Shown: piece after piece, positions 21,900 through 34,789 of the stretch | How positions within the stretch are numbered: position 1 is the stretch's first letter | Layout: each line of letters opens with the position of its first letter | Source: Octopus bimaculoides | Taxonomy: Eukaryota | Reading direction: 5' to 3' | Assembly: GCF_001194135.2 (NCBI RefSeq) | Contig: NC_068985.1 | Location: 73,096,181-73,138,638 of the forward strand | DNA: 42,458 nt | Program-made: the position numbers and the translations under genes | Notes under the pieces: generated by a model | Databases searched by the model: none | What the model was told of the DNA's origin: nothing | The model's input: only the letters and a program-made list of their open reading frames with translations

Positions 21900-22320
21900 T
21901 GTGCGAAAGTGCATTTATAAGCATATAAGTATATTGAGATTCTTTCAGAAATTCTACTAATGATCTTCTCGTTGGTTCACAAGATATACAGGAATTCCTC
22001 GGAGCAGAATCTGCATCTCCTGGAAAGGATATTATATGGTTGTGCGTGCCTTATGATGGACTAAGATCATATTTAGTTTTATCTTCCTTAAATCGCCACA
22101 CAAAATCAGCCAAAGATTTTGTATGCCTCTTGTTGATTTTCTTGAAGCTGGTGATATGGTTGCAATAATGATTCTTGAATGAATCAGCCGTTGCTCCAAT
22201 GTAAACGTACGGTCCTACCCTTATGTGTACAATGCTTTTATATACAAGATTCGTACTCATATAGAGGTTTTTTTCAACGGGCATTTTGATTTTTCTCTGC
22301 AAGAGCATTTATGAGATTAG
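21900..22320 (-). mobile_element. Penelope-like GIY-YIG endonuclease remnant
   Basis: KCSCREKSKCPL, frameshift, STNLVYKSIV...VYIGATADSFKNHYCNHITSF...LADFVWRFKE, frameshift, SIIRHAQPYNILSRRCRFCSEE. Confidence 0.9.
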
Positions 22321-22660
22321 TTGTATATGTGGCAGTTTTGACTTCATTTTCCGACGCTGCTACCATGTTGGCTATATCACTATTATTGCTATTATCATGA
22401 GGTGGCCGCAGCGGATATCTTTCATTCTGGTTTATATCTCCTTTCATGGTATTTTGATTTATATGTTCGCTGTCTTTTCTATTTGTCAAGCCGGAAGTAG
22501 TTCGCACGTCATAAATTATAGTTCCAGTAGGTGGATTATATATAAAATAACGAAGGCGGCTATACACAATATAAAATCAAAAAGAAAAATTTCAATTGTC
22601 TCTGACTGTGACTATATTTTATATATATGTATATATATATATATTTATGTATATATACAA

Positions 22661-22709
<49 letters not shown>

Positions 22710-23370
22710 CATATACACAAATAAATAGAAAGATTGATAGATATGTGTGCATGTGTGTGTGGGTGAGTGTGGGTGTGGGTAGGTGTGTTTGTGTGTGTGC
22801 ACGTGTATATGCATATAATCGTATTAAAGTGGGGTTTTTCAGACTAGAATATTAGCTAAATTTCAGGAATCCGCTGTTACACGGACACTACTCATGGGTT
22901 TGAAATATCAAGGCATAATTACACCTTAAGAATCCAACGAACTATATCAGGAGCAAAAATTACGCATGATTTTTTAAAAAGAATAAAAGACGAAAACACA
23001 TAAGAAGACAATGAATTATAGTAATAATACGTACGCAATATACATAGCATAAAGTATGCCCAACGAAGTAGATATGGTTCTTATAGGATATTCATACTTA
23101 CTGTTTAACATGTACCTAGCACAATTTATCAAAGTTTATTTTGAAGTTACAATAATTACAATATTGTACATCACTAGTCAATTTCGTTTCTAATTAAGTA
23201 ACCCCCTCAAAGTTTAAGGCTATAAATACCAAATCGAAAATGATAAATATGGTGAATGATAATGAATTCGTAAGCTTTATTCAAGTATACGATATTAAAG
23301 CAGAAATTCAATATCACTTTAAATTACAGTTTCATGGTAAATCGTTAACATTACAAACACAAAAAAATAA

Positions 23371-23850
<480 letters not shown>

Positions 23851-23879
23851 ACGTGTTAGGTTACTCCAATTCATTCTTA

Positions 23880-24790
23880 TCAGATCTTGTTCAAGCGGCC
23901 GTAACCATGATGCATCTCATCACACCAGGCCAAGAATATGTCTTCTATTCGATTTGATAGACTTCAGTTACATGTTGTGTGTCTCTGCCAATAACATCAA
24001 TGAAGATGAATCATCTTCGTTCTCTATCAGGGTGTAGAAGTCTCCAAAATATAACATCCAATATGACCTGGTAACAGCATGGTAACAGTTACCAGTAAAG
24101 CCTAGTGTTCGTTGAACAACAATGGCTGAGATGGGTGGAATGTGTCCCAAAACGTCTTCCTTGGTCTTGTGCTCATACTATGTTTTGAGCCCTCATGAGA
24201 AGTTTGATGTACATACGATTAAAGCAATCTTAAAGTTTCTTTTTCATAGTCCATGGAAAAGAATGCTCTCTGTACATGCACCGAAGAAAGCAAGCCTCGT
24301 CCACTTTGAAATACTTGAATGCCATATGTTGAATCTAGCTTCAGGCATTTTAGGCATGTAGACTGTGTGCCAGAAAATCGTTTTTGCTATCAGCAACATA
24401 AGATCTCGGCTACTTGAGTGACTAGCCTTTAGTTATATGCCATCACTGAAATCATGTAGTCAGTCTTTTTTACATTAAAAACAAAACAAAACCGAGTTTG
24501 GTTGCAGCATTCTTAAGGAATGCTTACAAGTTTTGTTCATCACGTAGGTGATGAGCTGTGAGAATATGATCATTAACAAGGATAAGGTCAAAGAGGTATA
24601 GGCCTTGCTAACATCTTGACTGCTTCTGCTTGGTGGTGTGGCCTTTGTTTAAGGATTTACTTCATACAATCACAAAGAGAAAAGGAGCTAGGTTGTCTTC
24701 TCGAAGGATTTCTACCTTATCGCTAATGATTGCAAAATACGTATAAGGAATTACTCCTATGTCAATGCTATGTGATCAGACAGTAACAAC
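23880..24790 (-). mobile_element. RTE-clade LINE RT remnant (3' portion)
   Basis: ILREDNLAPFLFVIV (from VLQGDTLAPFLF), LFDLILVNDH (FADD-derived), NAATKLG, NVKKTDYM, LLMRAQNI, KEDVLGHIPPISAIVVQR and DVIFWRLLHP. Confidence 0.82.
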
Positions 24791-25130
24791 AGCACTCAAG
24801 GATCTATTTCGATCACTAAATGGGACTCAAATTGTTACATCTAGCGAAGAGCGGAGCAAAAATTCCCTTCCAGCTTGTAAATTCCAACTGGTTCTTTGAT
24901 TGCAGATGTATGACAATTCCTTATGAAAAATTTAATTTGGTGTAATTTTTTTTCTTAAAATCAACAATTGTCTTGCGGCAAACACATTTATTTGTTTTGT
25001 TTTTAAAGACATAAATCGTTTTTTATTTTGAATACTTATTGTTCATTCTGGCAGGAATTTTCTCACAAAATGACGCCGAAACTTCATGGTTGCATTTTGC
25101 AAGTGCACTATGAGATCTCACATCAGTCAG
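24790..25130 (-). mobile_element. Possible pogo-like transposase N-terminal (HTH) remnant
   Basis: Very degenerate motifs only (KF-GVI, LFARCNNLS resembling FMRRNNLS). Confidence 0.3.
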
Positions 25131-26269
25131 GCAAAGTATAATGATGCCATTTTGATTTGAAAATTATTGTCTCATTCATTGCTGTAGTTGATAGACATGA
25201 AGAACAATGATAGCGAACAATAGTAATTGCGACGTCAGCTCTGGACACTCAGCTTTATAGTTGTGTTTTCAGTTACAAATTGCAGTTACAAATGACGACC
25301 TTAACCATGCTGGTGGTGATAGTGGTGCTGCTACTGCTGCTACTGCTGCTACTGCTGCTACTGCTGCTGATAATGAAGTAATTACTTTAAAAGTCATTTG
25401 GAAGTGTCTGAAGTTGAAATCATTTTACGCTATAGCATAGCTCTTTTTCCAGACGCAAAGAGAAAGGTATAAAACAAATACCCCACTCTCACCAGCCACC
25501 TACCCGAATAAAAAACAACAAATTTTAGCAACAAACAAGTCCTGATGAATTAGACCTGTCGTCTGGTCCGAGGTGTTTCGTGAATGACCAATGACCATTC
25601 CTTTTTCACAGACATATTGTAATCACTACGCTTAGCCCTTATTAGTCCCAATGCAAAAAAAAAAAAGTAATGAGCACTGACTTTTTCCCTTCATCCAACT
25701 AATAAAAGAAAATTTTTATGTTCAATTTTATAATGTGTCCGCTTTTTACGAAAAGATTTTAGGGTTAGATTTGAAGGATAATTTACTGCTATTTCTAGAA
25801 GGTAGTTGACAATGTAGACGCTTCTACCGTATTATTTGTACAACTTGATCTTTTTCAAAATTTTCAACCTCTTTTCTTATGTCTATTAAGGTGACCTCGC
25901 TACTTATTGCTTTGTGGTTGCTGAGTTTGCTCTTGCATATTTTCTGTTAAATATTGTCAAATTTCTCTCATTTAGGAGCTACCGTAACCACATTTGATGT
26001 TGTACAGCTGAAAAGGAGATGTCTGAGACGAGAGAAATTAATTTACCCAAGTGATGCTTAAAATATTTTTCATACGTCATCGTTACATTTACAATTCATT
26101 CCAGAATTTAATAATTTTATTCGTGAAATATGTAAAATATTGCAATATAGTGCTTTTATATGATTGTCAGTTGATGAGATATGGCACGGGACAATATATT
26201 ACTGCTGTTTGATTTACTCCGATAATATTAAAAACAGCAAAACGTACACACACGAAGTTCAAGCGAAAC

Positions 26270-27238
26270 GAAATGTAGTCAATATAGGTGCAAAACACTT
26301 TCCGGAGCATAGTTATGCTATGAAAAAATGGAAAGTCACCTATTCAACAAAAGTTAGTATGCGTCACCAATGTAAGAAAGTACAGAAAGTCACCATTTAT
26401 TCAGAACGTGTACTAAATGTTATAAAATTCACGATTGAATGAATGTCACGGTGAAGGAAGTGAAAGTCCAAGAAAATTCAATTTTTCATACAAAAATAAT
26501 TTATTTTACAATTTTGAAACGATTGCTGAACCAAATGTATAAAAAGGAAGATGCTGTTTTTGAACTGTGTAACATCATAAGCTGTAGAATAAATACTGAG
26601 TAACGCAGTAAAAAGGTCGTGGGACATTGATACTCACAGTTATGAAGAATACAGGGACTGTTAAAATAACATTATCTTGAAACTGGTTAGAAGGAGTGGA
26701 ATAACATTTCTGTAATTATACTAAAAGAGCCGCCGAGGCTTTCTACTTCGTCAAGTTTCCGAATTTGTTATAATAACTAGAATAATATTTTTTTCAGATA
26801 TATTTGCGAGTATTGTGAGTGGTGTTAAATCAGCCAAATCTTCATGTTGGTAGTACTTCAAAGTGAACGCTGTTGTTCGTTTAAAGTCCAGGCCGCAAAT
26901 AAACTTTCAACATCAGCGTGTGTGTTTCTGCATTCGTTACGTCTATAGTAAACTATAGTAAAGAACATTTTACGTTGTTTAAATGAGCCCACATCTAATG
27001 AAGTAGCCATACTTATGGTTGGTGATCCCATTGAAAATCATGATATTCTCATTCGTGTTCAAGATAACAATCTTAAACGTGTTTCACAGACTCATCTCTC
27101 TTATGATGCTCTCCAGTATAGTCTTATTTTGTGGAATGGACAAGATGGGTATTATTTCAATATTCCTCGGATTGAACCTGCAACAGGATCGCCAGTTACA
27201 AACAAAAAGGTGTCGTCAAATGAATTCTATTCTTACCA
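26270..27238 (+). mobile_element. Helitron Rep N-terminal remnant, cut off by a SINE
   Basis: About 26975-27238 reads NEPTSNEVAILMVGDPIENHDILIRVQDNNLKRVSQTHLSYDALQYSLILWNGQDGYYFNI...NKKVSSNEFYSY. Upstream motifs are weaker (VNIGA...AMKKWK, FQIYL). Confidence 0.88.
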
Positions 27239-27442
27239 ACAGCAAGGCCTGAAATTTCGGGAGAGGGGTCCAGTCGATTACATCGACCCCAGTGTCTTAC
27301 TGGTACTTAATTTATCGGTCCCGAAAGGATGAACGGCAAAGTTACCCCCGGGGGCATTTGATCTCAAAACGTAAAGACAGGCGAAATACCGCTCAAGCAT
27401 TTTTTCCCGGCATGCTAACTATTCTGCCAGCTTGCCGACTTC
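27238..27442 (-). mobile_element. Near full-length SINE (Deu/Nin-like family)
   Basis: Reverse complement of 32435-32648. Confidence 0.92.
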
Positions 27443-28044
27443 CAGAAAAATCAAATCAATTACACATGTCAAATAAACTTTATTTTCATTTACATATATT
27501 CTACGTTATCTCAATAAACAGCTATAGTTATTTCAAAAACACTTCTCTACAATGACCAGGTCTCATTACAAAATGAAAACAGTTTCACATTTTCAATTTG
27601 AACCAAAATTACAAAGTGTTGCATTACGAGTGTGACGATGTGTGAATAGTGAAAGTAACGATTCTCTGAATTATTCACATGTGTATTGTAATAAAGAAAG
27701 CTGCTTATTATCTATCTACCAAAGAAAATGCTTTTGACTCAACAACTCATTTTTACAACTAAAATAACCTTGGCATTTAGGTTGGGTGGCACAATTTTAA
27801 GGTCATTTTCGGACAATACTTTGATTTGATTCTAATGTATCACTTTCGTTCTATGTTTCGCACATGAGTAGAATTCTACTCAGACAAACCTTTATGAAAA
27901 TGAATACATAAATATTGTACTAAAATAAGCCACAACCAAAATAAATTGCATTAAAAGATATCAATTTTTCTACATGCTATGAAGAAATACAGCCTCTCTC
28001 TCTTTCTCACGCACAAAATGATGTATGCATATGTATTTATGAGT

Positions 28045-28123
28045 GGAGGTCAAGAATACGCACTCCCGGTATTTAGGGTTAGGGTTACGCCGAAAACGGG
28101 TGGTGTGCATATTCTTTACCTCC
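28045..28123. repeat. 79-bp hairpin/MITE-like unit with 19-bp inverted arms and an internal TTTAGGGTTAGGGTTA
   Basis: GGAGGTCAAGAATACGCAC vs GTGCATATTCTTTACCTCC, 17/19 complementary. Confidence 0.85.
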
Positions 28124-28308
28124 GCCTATTAATGTATGTTTTTGAAAATGAAAGATAATGTGTGTGTGCGTGTGTGTGTGAGATAGATAGAGAGAGAGAG
28201 AGCGAGTGAATGCCCCTTACACATACATGCAAAAAATTTCATACATCACAACACACACCCTCACTTATTCACTCTCTCTTTCTCTCTCTCTTTTTCTCTC
28301 TCTCTTTT

Positions 28309-28343
<35 letters not shown>

Positions 28344-28413
28344 TTCTCTCTCTCTCGCTCTCTCTCACTCTCACACACACACAAACACGTCCATTTCATA
28401 TACACGTACGTCT

Positions 28414-28566
28414 TACACTTTCTCCTCTCTTTTACTTTCTCCTCTCTTTTACTTTCTCCTCTCTTTTACTTTCACCTCTCTTTTACTTTCTCCTCTCTTT
28501 TACTTTCTCCTCTCTTTTACTTTCTCCTCTCTTTTACTTTCTCCTCTCTTTTACTTTCTCCTCTCA
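28414..28566. repeat. 17-bp minisatellite (TTTTACTTTCTCCTCTC), about 9 copies
   Basis: Direct reading; gives the 17-aa periodicity in ORFs 28206 and 28210. Confidence 0.97.
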
Positions 28567-30015
28567 CTTCAAAGCAAATGTCGTCTTTTCATTTTATCTT
28601 CTCTTCCAATTTCTTCTCTCTTCAAAGCATACAGAAATTAAAACAATTTTACGGAAATTAACAAACAATCATAAGATCCTATATATGTTGAGTTGACAAC
28701 TATGCTTCTTCAAATGAAAGAATACCATAAAATAACTTCCTTTGACACACATACACATGCATACACACACTCTAGGTAAAACTTCTGTGCGAATTATGTC
28801 AATTCTTGCAGTGAGCACGTGCAAATTTACAGCTCAAACCCAATTGAACTGATCTTTTTCTATTTTGTAATTTGTGTTTGTGATGAGCATACTTAAAAAC
28901 CTGATCTTCGATATAAACTTAAAAAGTTTTCCCAGAAATCCTGTCTTTTACTTCTTCTTTCTAGCATGTCCGAGGTGACATTTCTGTCCCCGCCCCTTAT
29001 TTTTTTTACATAAATTTTTTTCCGATTCCTATCATGATATTCTTGTCTTTCTATGAATATCCAACAAGAGTCAAATATTTTCTCTTACTATGAAACAGAA
29101 GAACAATCAAATATGTATAACGCACTTGATACGCTACAATATTGTTCTGTGAGGGTCACCTGTCACTTTCAAAGTGTCAAGACCGCGTAAGCAATGAACA
29201 TTGTGATGTTAACTTTGACATTTTCAATCAATAAAGCACAATGAAAATTAAATAAAAAATTATCCTAAGTCATAGCAGCTTTGTAGCTTAAAACATTATC
29301 ACAATAAGTGTTAAAATATACCAAACACAATAAAATGTAAAACAATAAAGAAGATATAAGCCATTTAAAACAATTACAGCTATATTAGCCTATTGCAAAT
29401 AACATTAATTGTTTTACTGAAGAGTATGGTTGCAGACATTTTACACTGTTATTGCTTTTTAAACTCGTTAATATTTGTCTTTATGTTCAGAGTTGACAGC
29501 TGTTGCTACAATTATATTGCGATATTTGCACTGAATGTATATTAATTGTGAATCGTACGTTCTTTCCGATAATGATCTTTCATTCCTTAGCTGAGAGCAA
29601 TGAAACTAGCTACTAATAGCTTCAAAGACAAAAAAGAACTATAAAATATTAATTGCGGATATCTAAATGCTTGTGAATAGAGTTTACAGATCTTTAGCAA
29701 TAACAATAAAAGGCGTTCTTCGAATCTAACATCATATATACTAATATTTTGTTCTTTGANNNNNNNNNNNNNNNNNNNNNNNNNNNNNNNNNNNNNNNNN
29801 NNNNNNNNNNNNNNNNNNNNNNNNNNNNNNNNNNNNNNNNNNNNNNNNNNNNNNNNNNNNNNNNNNNNNNNNNNNNNNNNNNNNNNNNNNNNNNNNNNNN
29901 NNNNNNNNNNNNNNNNNNNNNNNNNNNNNNNNNNNNNNNNNNNNNNNNNNNNNNNNNNNNNNNNNNNNNNNNNNNNNNNNNNNNNNNNNNNNNNNNNNNN
30001 NNNNNNNNNNNNNNN

Positions 30016-30047
<32 letters not shown>

Positions 30048-30639
30048 GTATTTATGTATGTATGTATGTATGTATGTGTGCGCGCGCGTATATAATGCAT
30101 CTTTTATTATTCTTTATTAATTAGCTGTTAAGCAAGAGACTTAAGTGTCGACAATTTGGTTGCAGCACTTAAACTCCATATATTTGTATAGGTTTCTACA
30201 TAAATATGTGCAAATATATGTGCATATAATACAAATGCAAATGCATATATATCTATCATCATAAAGTTCCATTGTAACTGGATTTCTAATAGGAATTCAC
30301 AATTTATTAGAATGATTATGTTTTGTGCTAACATTCTTCAGGTGAATAACGTCATAATATCAGTAAGAAGAAATTAATTTTACAACCGGTGAATTTTTGT
30401 AGCATCCAGGCTTCAAATTAGAAGACTGTTGCAATAACATAACTCTGTAGCATCCAAGATTTAACGCAATGGCATCGGCAAAAAGGTATCATTGTGACAA
30501 TATTCATGCAACAAAGTGAAAAGTATTTATTTGAAGCTAAATGTTGTTAATTGCCCATTTAACTGCGGTTGAAAGTTTTCAATAAAATAAGTCCCTCTAA
30601 CGAATTTTCTAATATACTTTCTGTCTATTTTTTTAAAAG

Positions 30640-31560
30640 AAAGATATTTAAAAAAGCTCCTCCACTATAGTTATCAGCATGTTCACTGGAATCATTTTAT
30701 ATTCTGGTGGTCTTATGTGTGATATATGTATCCGCATCCTCTCGGTTAGTGCATCTTCGGTCCTATATGAATAATTTTGCAGTCGCTGCATTGAACGTTA
30801 TATATAGGATTCTTGCTTTTCCAAGTCATATCAGCAGTTCAGTATATGGTGGCCCCAGATTTTATCTTTGACTCAACACCGGTATGAACATATTGACAAA
30901 TATTGCATCGATTGTCATTACAAAAATTCAGACTGTCCTTTTTGTTCTCGCTCTGGTCCAATGTCTCTGATAATTTTTGCTTTGAATTACGAGTAATTGA
31001 TTAATTGTCTAAGGATTGAGAAATTTGCTCTTCATACAATAAAGATATCTTCATTGAATGAGCTATAGGTTATAACAAAGGATATCTTATCCTTTTAGTG
31101 TGCCTTCATCTCACTTGCTGTACGAAACTGTTTGTAATGGAATTTGTTTGACTTTTCGATTCCATACTATCTTTAGGGGTTGTGGATATTTCTGGGCGAT
31201 TTGGCGCCTTTGCTACAATTGGAAACGTATATTTCTAGTTGTACATATTTACCGATCTAGTCAATACGGCATATTATTTGTATGGATTGGGTGGCTTGAG
31301 TTGAAGTTTATTGATTTATATCTGTAAAAATATAGGTTTTTGTATTGGTTTTTGTTTTTAATCATTAAAATATACGGAATTGCGAATTCGCAGATACTTA
31401 ATTTCTTCGTTAACTTAATAGCTGTGCTTAAGTTATCTAAAATACCAGAAAAATATTCTTCTAGTGCTTTATCAAACTTTGTGCAAATGATAAAGCAATC
31501 ATGTAGGTACCGCTTACACAAAGATTTAATGTCTGGTGATAATGAATTGGTCTCAATATA
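30640..31560 (-). mobile_element. Penelope-like element remnant: RT palm/thumb to GIY-YIG
   Basis: KRYLHDCFIICTK (YLDD-derived), SINFNSSHPIHTNNMPY, then TWKSKNPIYNVQCSDCKIIHIG (GIY-YIG with CxxC). Confidence 0.88.
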
Positions 31561-31737
31561 GACAGACAGACAAACAGATAGATAGATAGAACATAAGTTT
31601 AGATAAAATTTTCCATTGAAATAGAACATATTGTTTTCTAGAACAAGTATAATCTAATCTTAAATAAACTTGAGTGAAAATATATTTGGTACTGCCTCTC
31701 TATGTTTTTACCCATTGCCTTAGCTAAATCACGAGAC

Positions 31738-31799
<62 letters not shown>

Positions 31800-31820
31800 G
31801 TCTGTCTGTCTGTCTGTCTA
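31738..31820. repeat. (CTAT)n(CTGT)n microsatellite
   Basis: Direct reading. Confidence 0.98.
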
Positions 31821-32434
31821 TCTCTGCACACATTGTGTTTGTTTATGTGTGCATTTGTACGTGTGCATGTTTCCGTGTATTTATAATGATATATTTCTAC
31901 GCTTCCAGATACATACATACAAACATAGAAAATGCGACCAAGTTCTAGTTTTGTCTTTTCGTGCCAGGTTTTTTTCATGTTTTGGTGTGTTACCTGTCGG
32001 TTGATCGGAAAAGTAAAGTTTCCTATCGTTTCACGACTTTATTAGTCTCATCGTCATGATGAAATGATGATAGCATGTATATCTCTCTTTTCTAGGCAGA
32101 GCAAATATTTTCGCCGTTGGTTTCATAAGTTGTAAGTCATGTGTTTATTTCTGTTTGTAACTAACAAATGTTGGTTGTCTATAATTTAATACAGAGTTCG
32201 ATTACGACGATTGCTCACGTCATTTAGCATTAATTGTTGTGGAGAATTTCGTTGAGCATATATGTGTCGTCCACAAATGTTTCTCTGTCTAGTTTTCCTT
32301 AGTGCGTTGCTACCAAAATATCAGAGTTATGAAAATTATAATTTTCACATCACGTTACTCGTTACTTGTGGGCTTGTTATTGAAATGAGTTTTTTTTTTA
32401 TTTTAGTGTTTTGTTGTTCATTATTTCTGTTAGT

Positions 32435-32648
32435 TAAGGCGTCGAGCTGGCAGAATCGTTAGCACACCGGGCGAAATGCTTATCGTTTTTCGTCTGTCTT
32501 TACGTTCTGAGTTCAAATCCCGTTGAGGTCGGCTTTGTCTTTCATCCTTTCGGGGTCAATAAATTAAGCACCAGTTGCGTACTGGGGTCGATGTAATCGA
32601 CTGGCTCCCTCCCACCAAATTTCAGGCCTTGTGCCTATTGTAGAAAGG
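32435..32648 (+). mobile_element. Full-length SINE (tRNA-like head, Deu/Nin-like domain)
   Basis: A-box-like TGGCAGAATCGT, B-box GAGTTCAAATCC, core GGTCGGCTTTGTCTTTCATCCTTTCGGGGTCAATAAATTAAGCACCAG; at least 6 copies in the window. Confidence 0.93.
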
Positions 32649-32719
32649 ACCATTTGTGTTAGTTTATTGTAATGCATTTTGTGTTTTGTTTTATGAGGTT
32701 TTTTCATATGTTGATTTAT

Positions 32720-33660
32720 TTTATAGTAAGTATTTGATTCATTTATATGTGGTTTATTATTCTAAATAAGCATAATATCGGGTATATTGGCTGCATTATA
32801 CTTGCGCTTCATTATTCTATGACTTGGCTCGTTAATTTGTTAGAATATTCATTGCTAATTAGTTGTTTCATTCAATTGATTCCTGCATGTAATTCCAGGT
32901 TTGTAGTGGTGAATGTAAATGCTCTACTAAGTAGAGATTTTATTACTGATCAAACAAACACTTTCATCTTTGTTTGGATATTCGCTGTTTCCATGTTTGT
33001 ACATTTACGTGTGTCTTTAGTGGAAATGGCTGTAATATATAAATAATATTCTATCTGAATGTTAGCATCAATAAATAGGATCATTGCATTAATGAGAATT
33101 TTATTTGATTGTTTGCATGTAATGCCAGAGGGTTTTATTTGCAATTTTCTAAATGTTAAATTTATAGTACAAAGTAAATTTCTAGGTCTTCTAAATTTAC
33201 TTGAAGTCTTCCAATATGACTATTACGGTGTAGACATAACCCATTTACCTGGTGTATATATTTATGTCTTGATACCATTCTTTGGTGACTACGTAGAACT
33301 ATGCGGGCTCTAACGAAGAAAAGCATGACTTTCTTGTCTTTTTGTTTATATAATTTGCTTTATGGATAATGAAACGGCTTCTCTTTTGTACAGAACACTG
33401 GTAATTTCAACAGTATATTAACTAGTATCATGAGTGGTTTATTTTGTATCTTCCACCTAAACATTGGTAAAAAACTTTTCCTTGTGTAAGTTGGAGTTAT
33501 AGTCCACTTCGTTAGTTTTGTCTAACATTTCTAGAAACCTTTCAGATATCCGTGTACTCTGTCCCCAATGTGTATTGTTTGAAAATGGTATCATATTGTT
33601 CAATGATCTTGTGTTGTATATATTTGAGGTGTATAAATCGGAGGGTGTTGCTTTATGCAT
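32720..33660 (-). mobile_element. Highly degenerate Penelope-like RT remnant (a different lineage)
   Basis: KYIHQVNGL, ILFIDAN and the thumb-like SVIKSLLSRAFTFTTTNLELHAGIN*MKQLISNEYSNKL. Confidence 0.6.
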
Positions 33661-33974
33661 TTCAACTGTTCTATAGACATGCTCTACAGAGAAGCCTCCT
33701 AATTTTTAATTGGGTGAATTCCGGAAAAATTATCTTTGTCAATGAGTACATTTATTTTTATCGCTGATTTTTGAAATATATTTATAATTAGCTATGATGA
33801 AGAAAGTATTATTCTCACATATGTGATGTTATTCATGTGCGTTAAATCATGCAGAACTTGTATAAGTTTCGTGATGATTATTTGTTTATTATTGTGTACT
33901 ATCTATCACTTATGTTTCTAATGTTTTTATCACGGAAAACTATTTTGGAACCTTTATTTAGTTTTGATTATATT

Positions 33975-34445
33975 TTAGCTGTATGGAAGATAACTGCAAG
34001 TACCAAAATACAGCTTTAAGCCCCTAGGAAAGCTATGCAATTTTGGAAAACCGATCTATTAAGTTAGGGAGTCAGTTCCAGCATACACACAAACCCGTAG
34101 ACTATGCATGCAAAAAGTTGCGAGCAAATTAAAAAAAACTGTTACTTAGACTGAAGTACCTTGGGATTCTAGGGCCCACGGATACTTAATGCCTATTTAA
34201 TGCCTTGCCAAAACATCTGAGAGATCTTCATGGAATAAGGGTAGATGTTTTCACGGAACAACTTGATCTCCTACTGTCCAAGGTCCCAGATGAACCTATA
34301 TCACGGCAAGAAACTCAAAAGAGGGCAGCTGTGTCGAACTCCCTACTTCACCAAAAGCCAATCGATTAAGAATGGCCATTGAAAAGGTGATTATACTGGT
34401 GGTGCTCAAGCACGGCTACAGCCTAATGGCTGAAACATATAAAAG
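33975..34445 (+). mobile_element. CR1/L2-like LINE 3' end
   Basis: GP-LFNALPKHLRDLHGIRVDVFTEQLDLLLSKVPDEPISRQETQKRAAVSNSLLHQ, then a UTR and an A-rich tail. Confidence 0.85.
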
Positions 34446-34789
34446 AAAAATAAAAGAAAAAATAGAGTGTAAGTTAATTTTTTTGCACGCAAAAGAAACA
34501 GTATAGCTTAGTCAATCTTCATTGACACTTGAAAGAAAACTGCATCAACGCTAGCGAGATGGATATATTGAATGAAAATACCCGGAAACGAAGGAGATAT
34601 TTAGTTAGAAAGGTTAAAATATATAGGAGCTACTTTTCGTGTTGAGAAAGAAAAAAAGCATGCAGTTAGATTCATGTAAATGAAGAGTAATCAGTGCTTA
34701 ACAAAATTAGTCGATGTATAATCAGTGTCTATATAAATGAAATAAACGAAAACTGTGAATCTGGAATAATACTATATGGACACAGTATG

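Noticed and set aside
25535-25600. CTGATGA followed by a GACC/GGTC stem
   Set aside because: No GAAA after the stem and no stem I or III, so not a hammerhead.
28071-28086. Interstitial telomere
   Set aside because: Only about 2.5 units, located inside a hairpin element.
32020-32070. HHR-like string (ATGACGATGAGAC...GTCGTGAAAC) on the minus strand downstream of the degenerate PLE
   Set aside because: Core, spacing and stem III all deviate; too many changes are needed, though the position is suggestive.
32435-32525. tRNA genes at SINE heads (also 40029-40095)
   Set aside because: The A/B boxes continue directly into multi-copy SINE bodies and no complete cloverleaf is evident.
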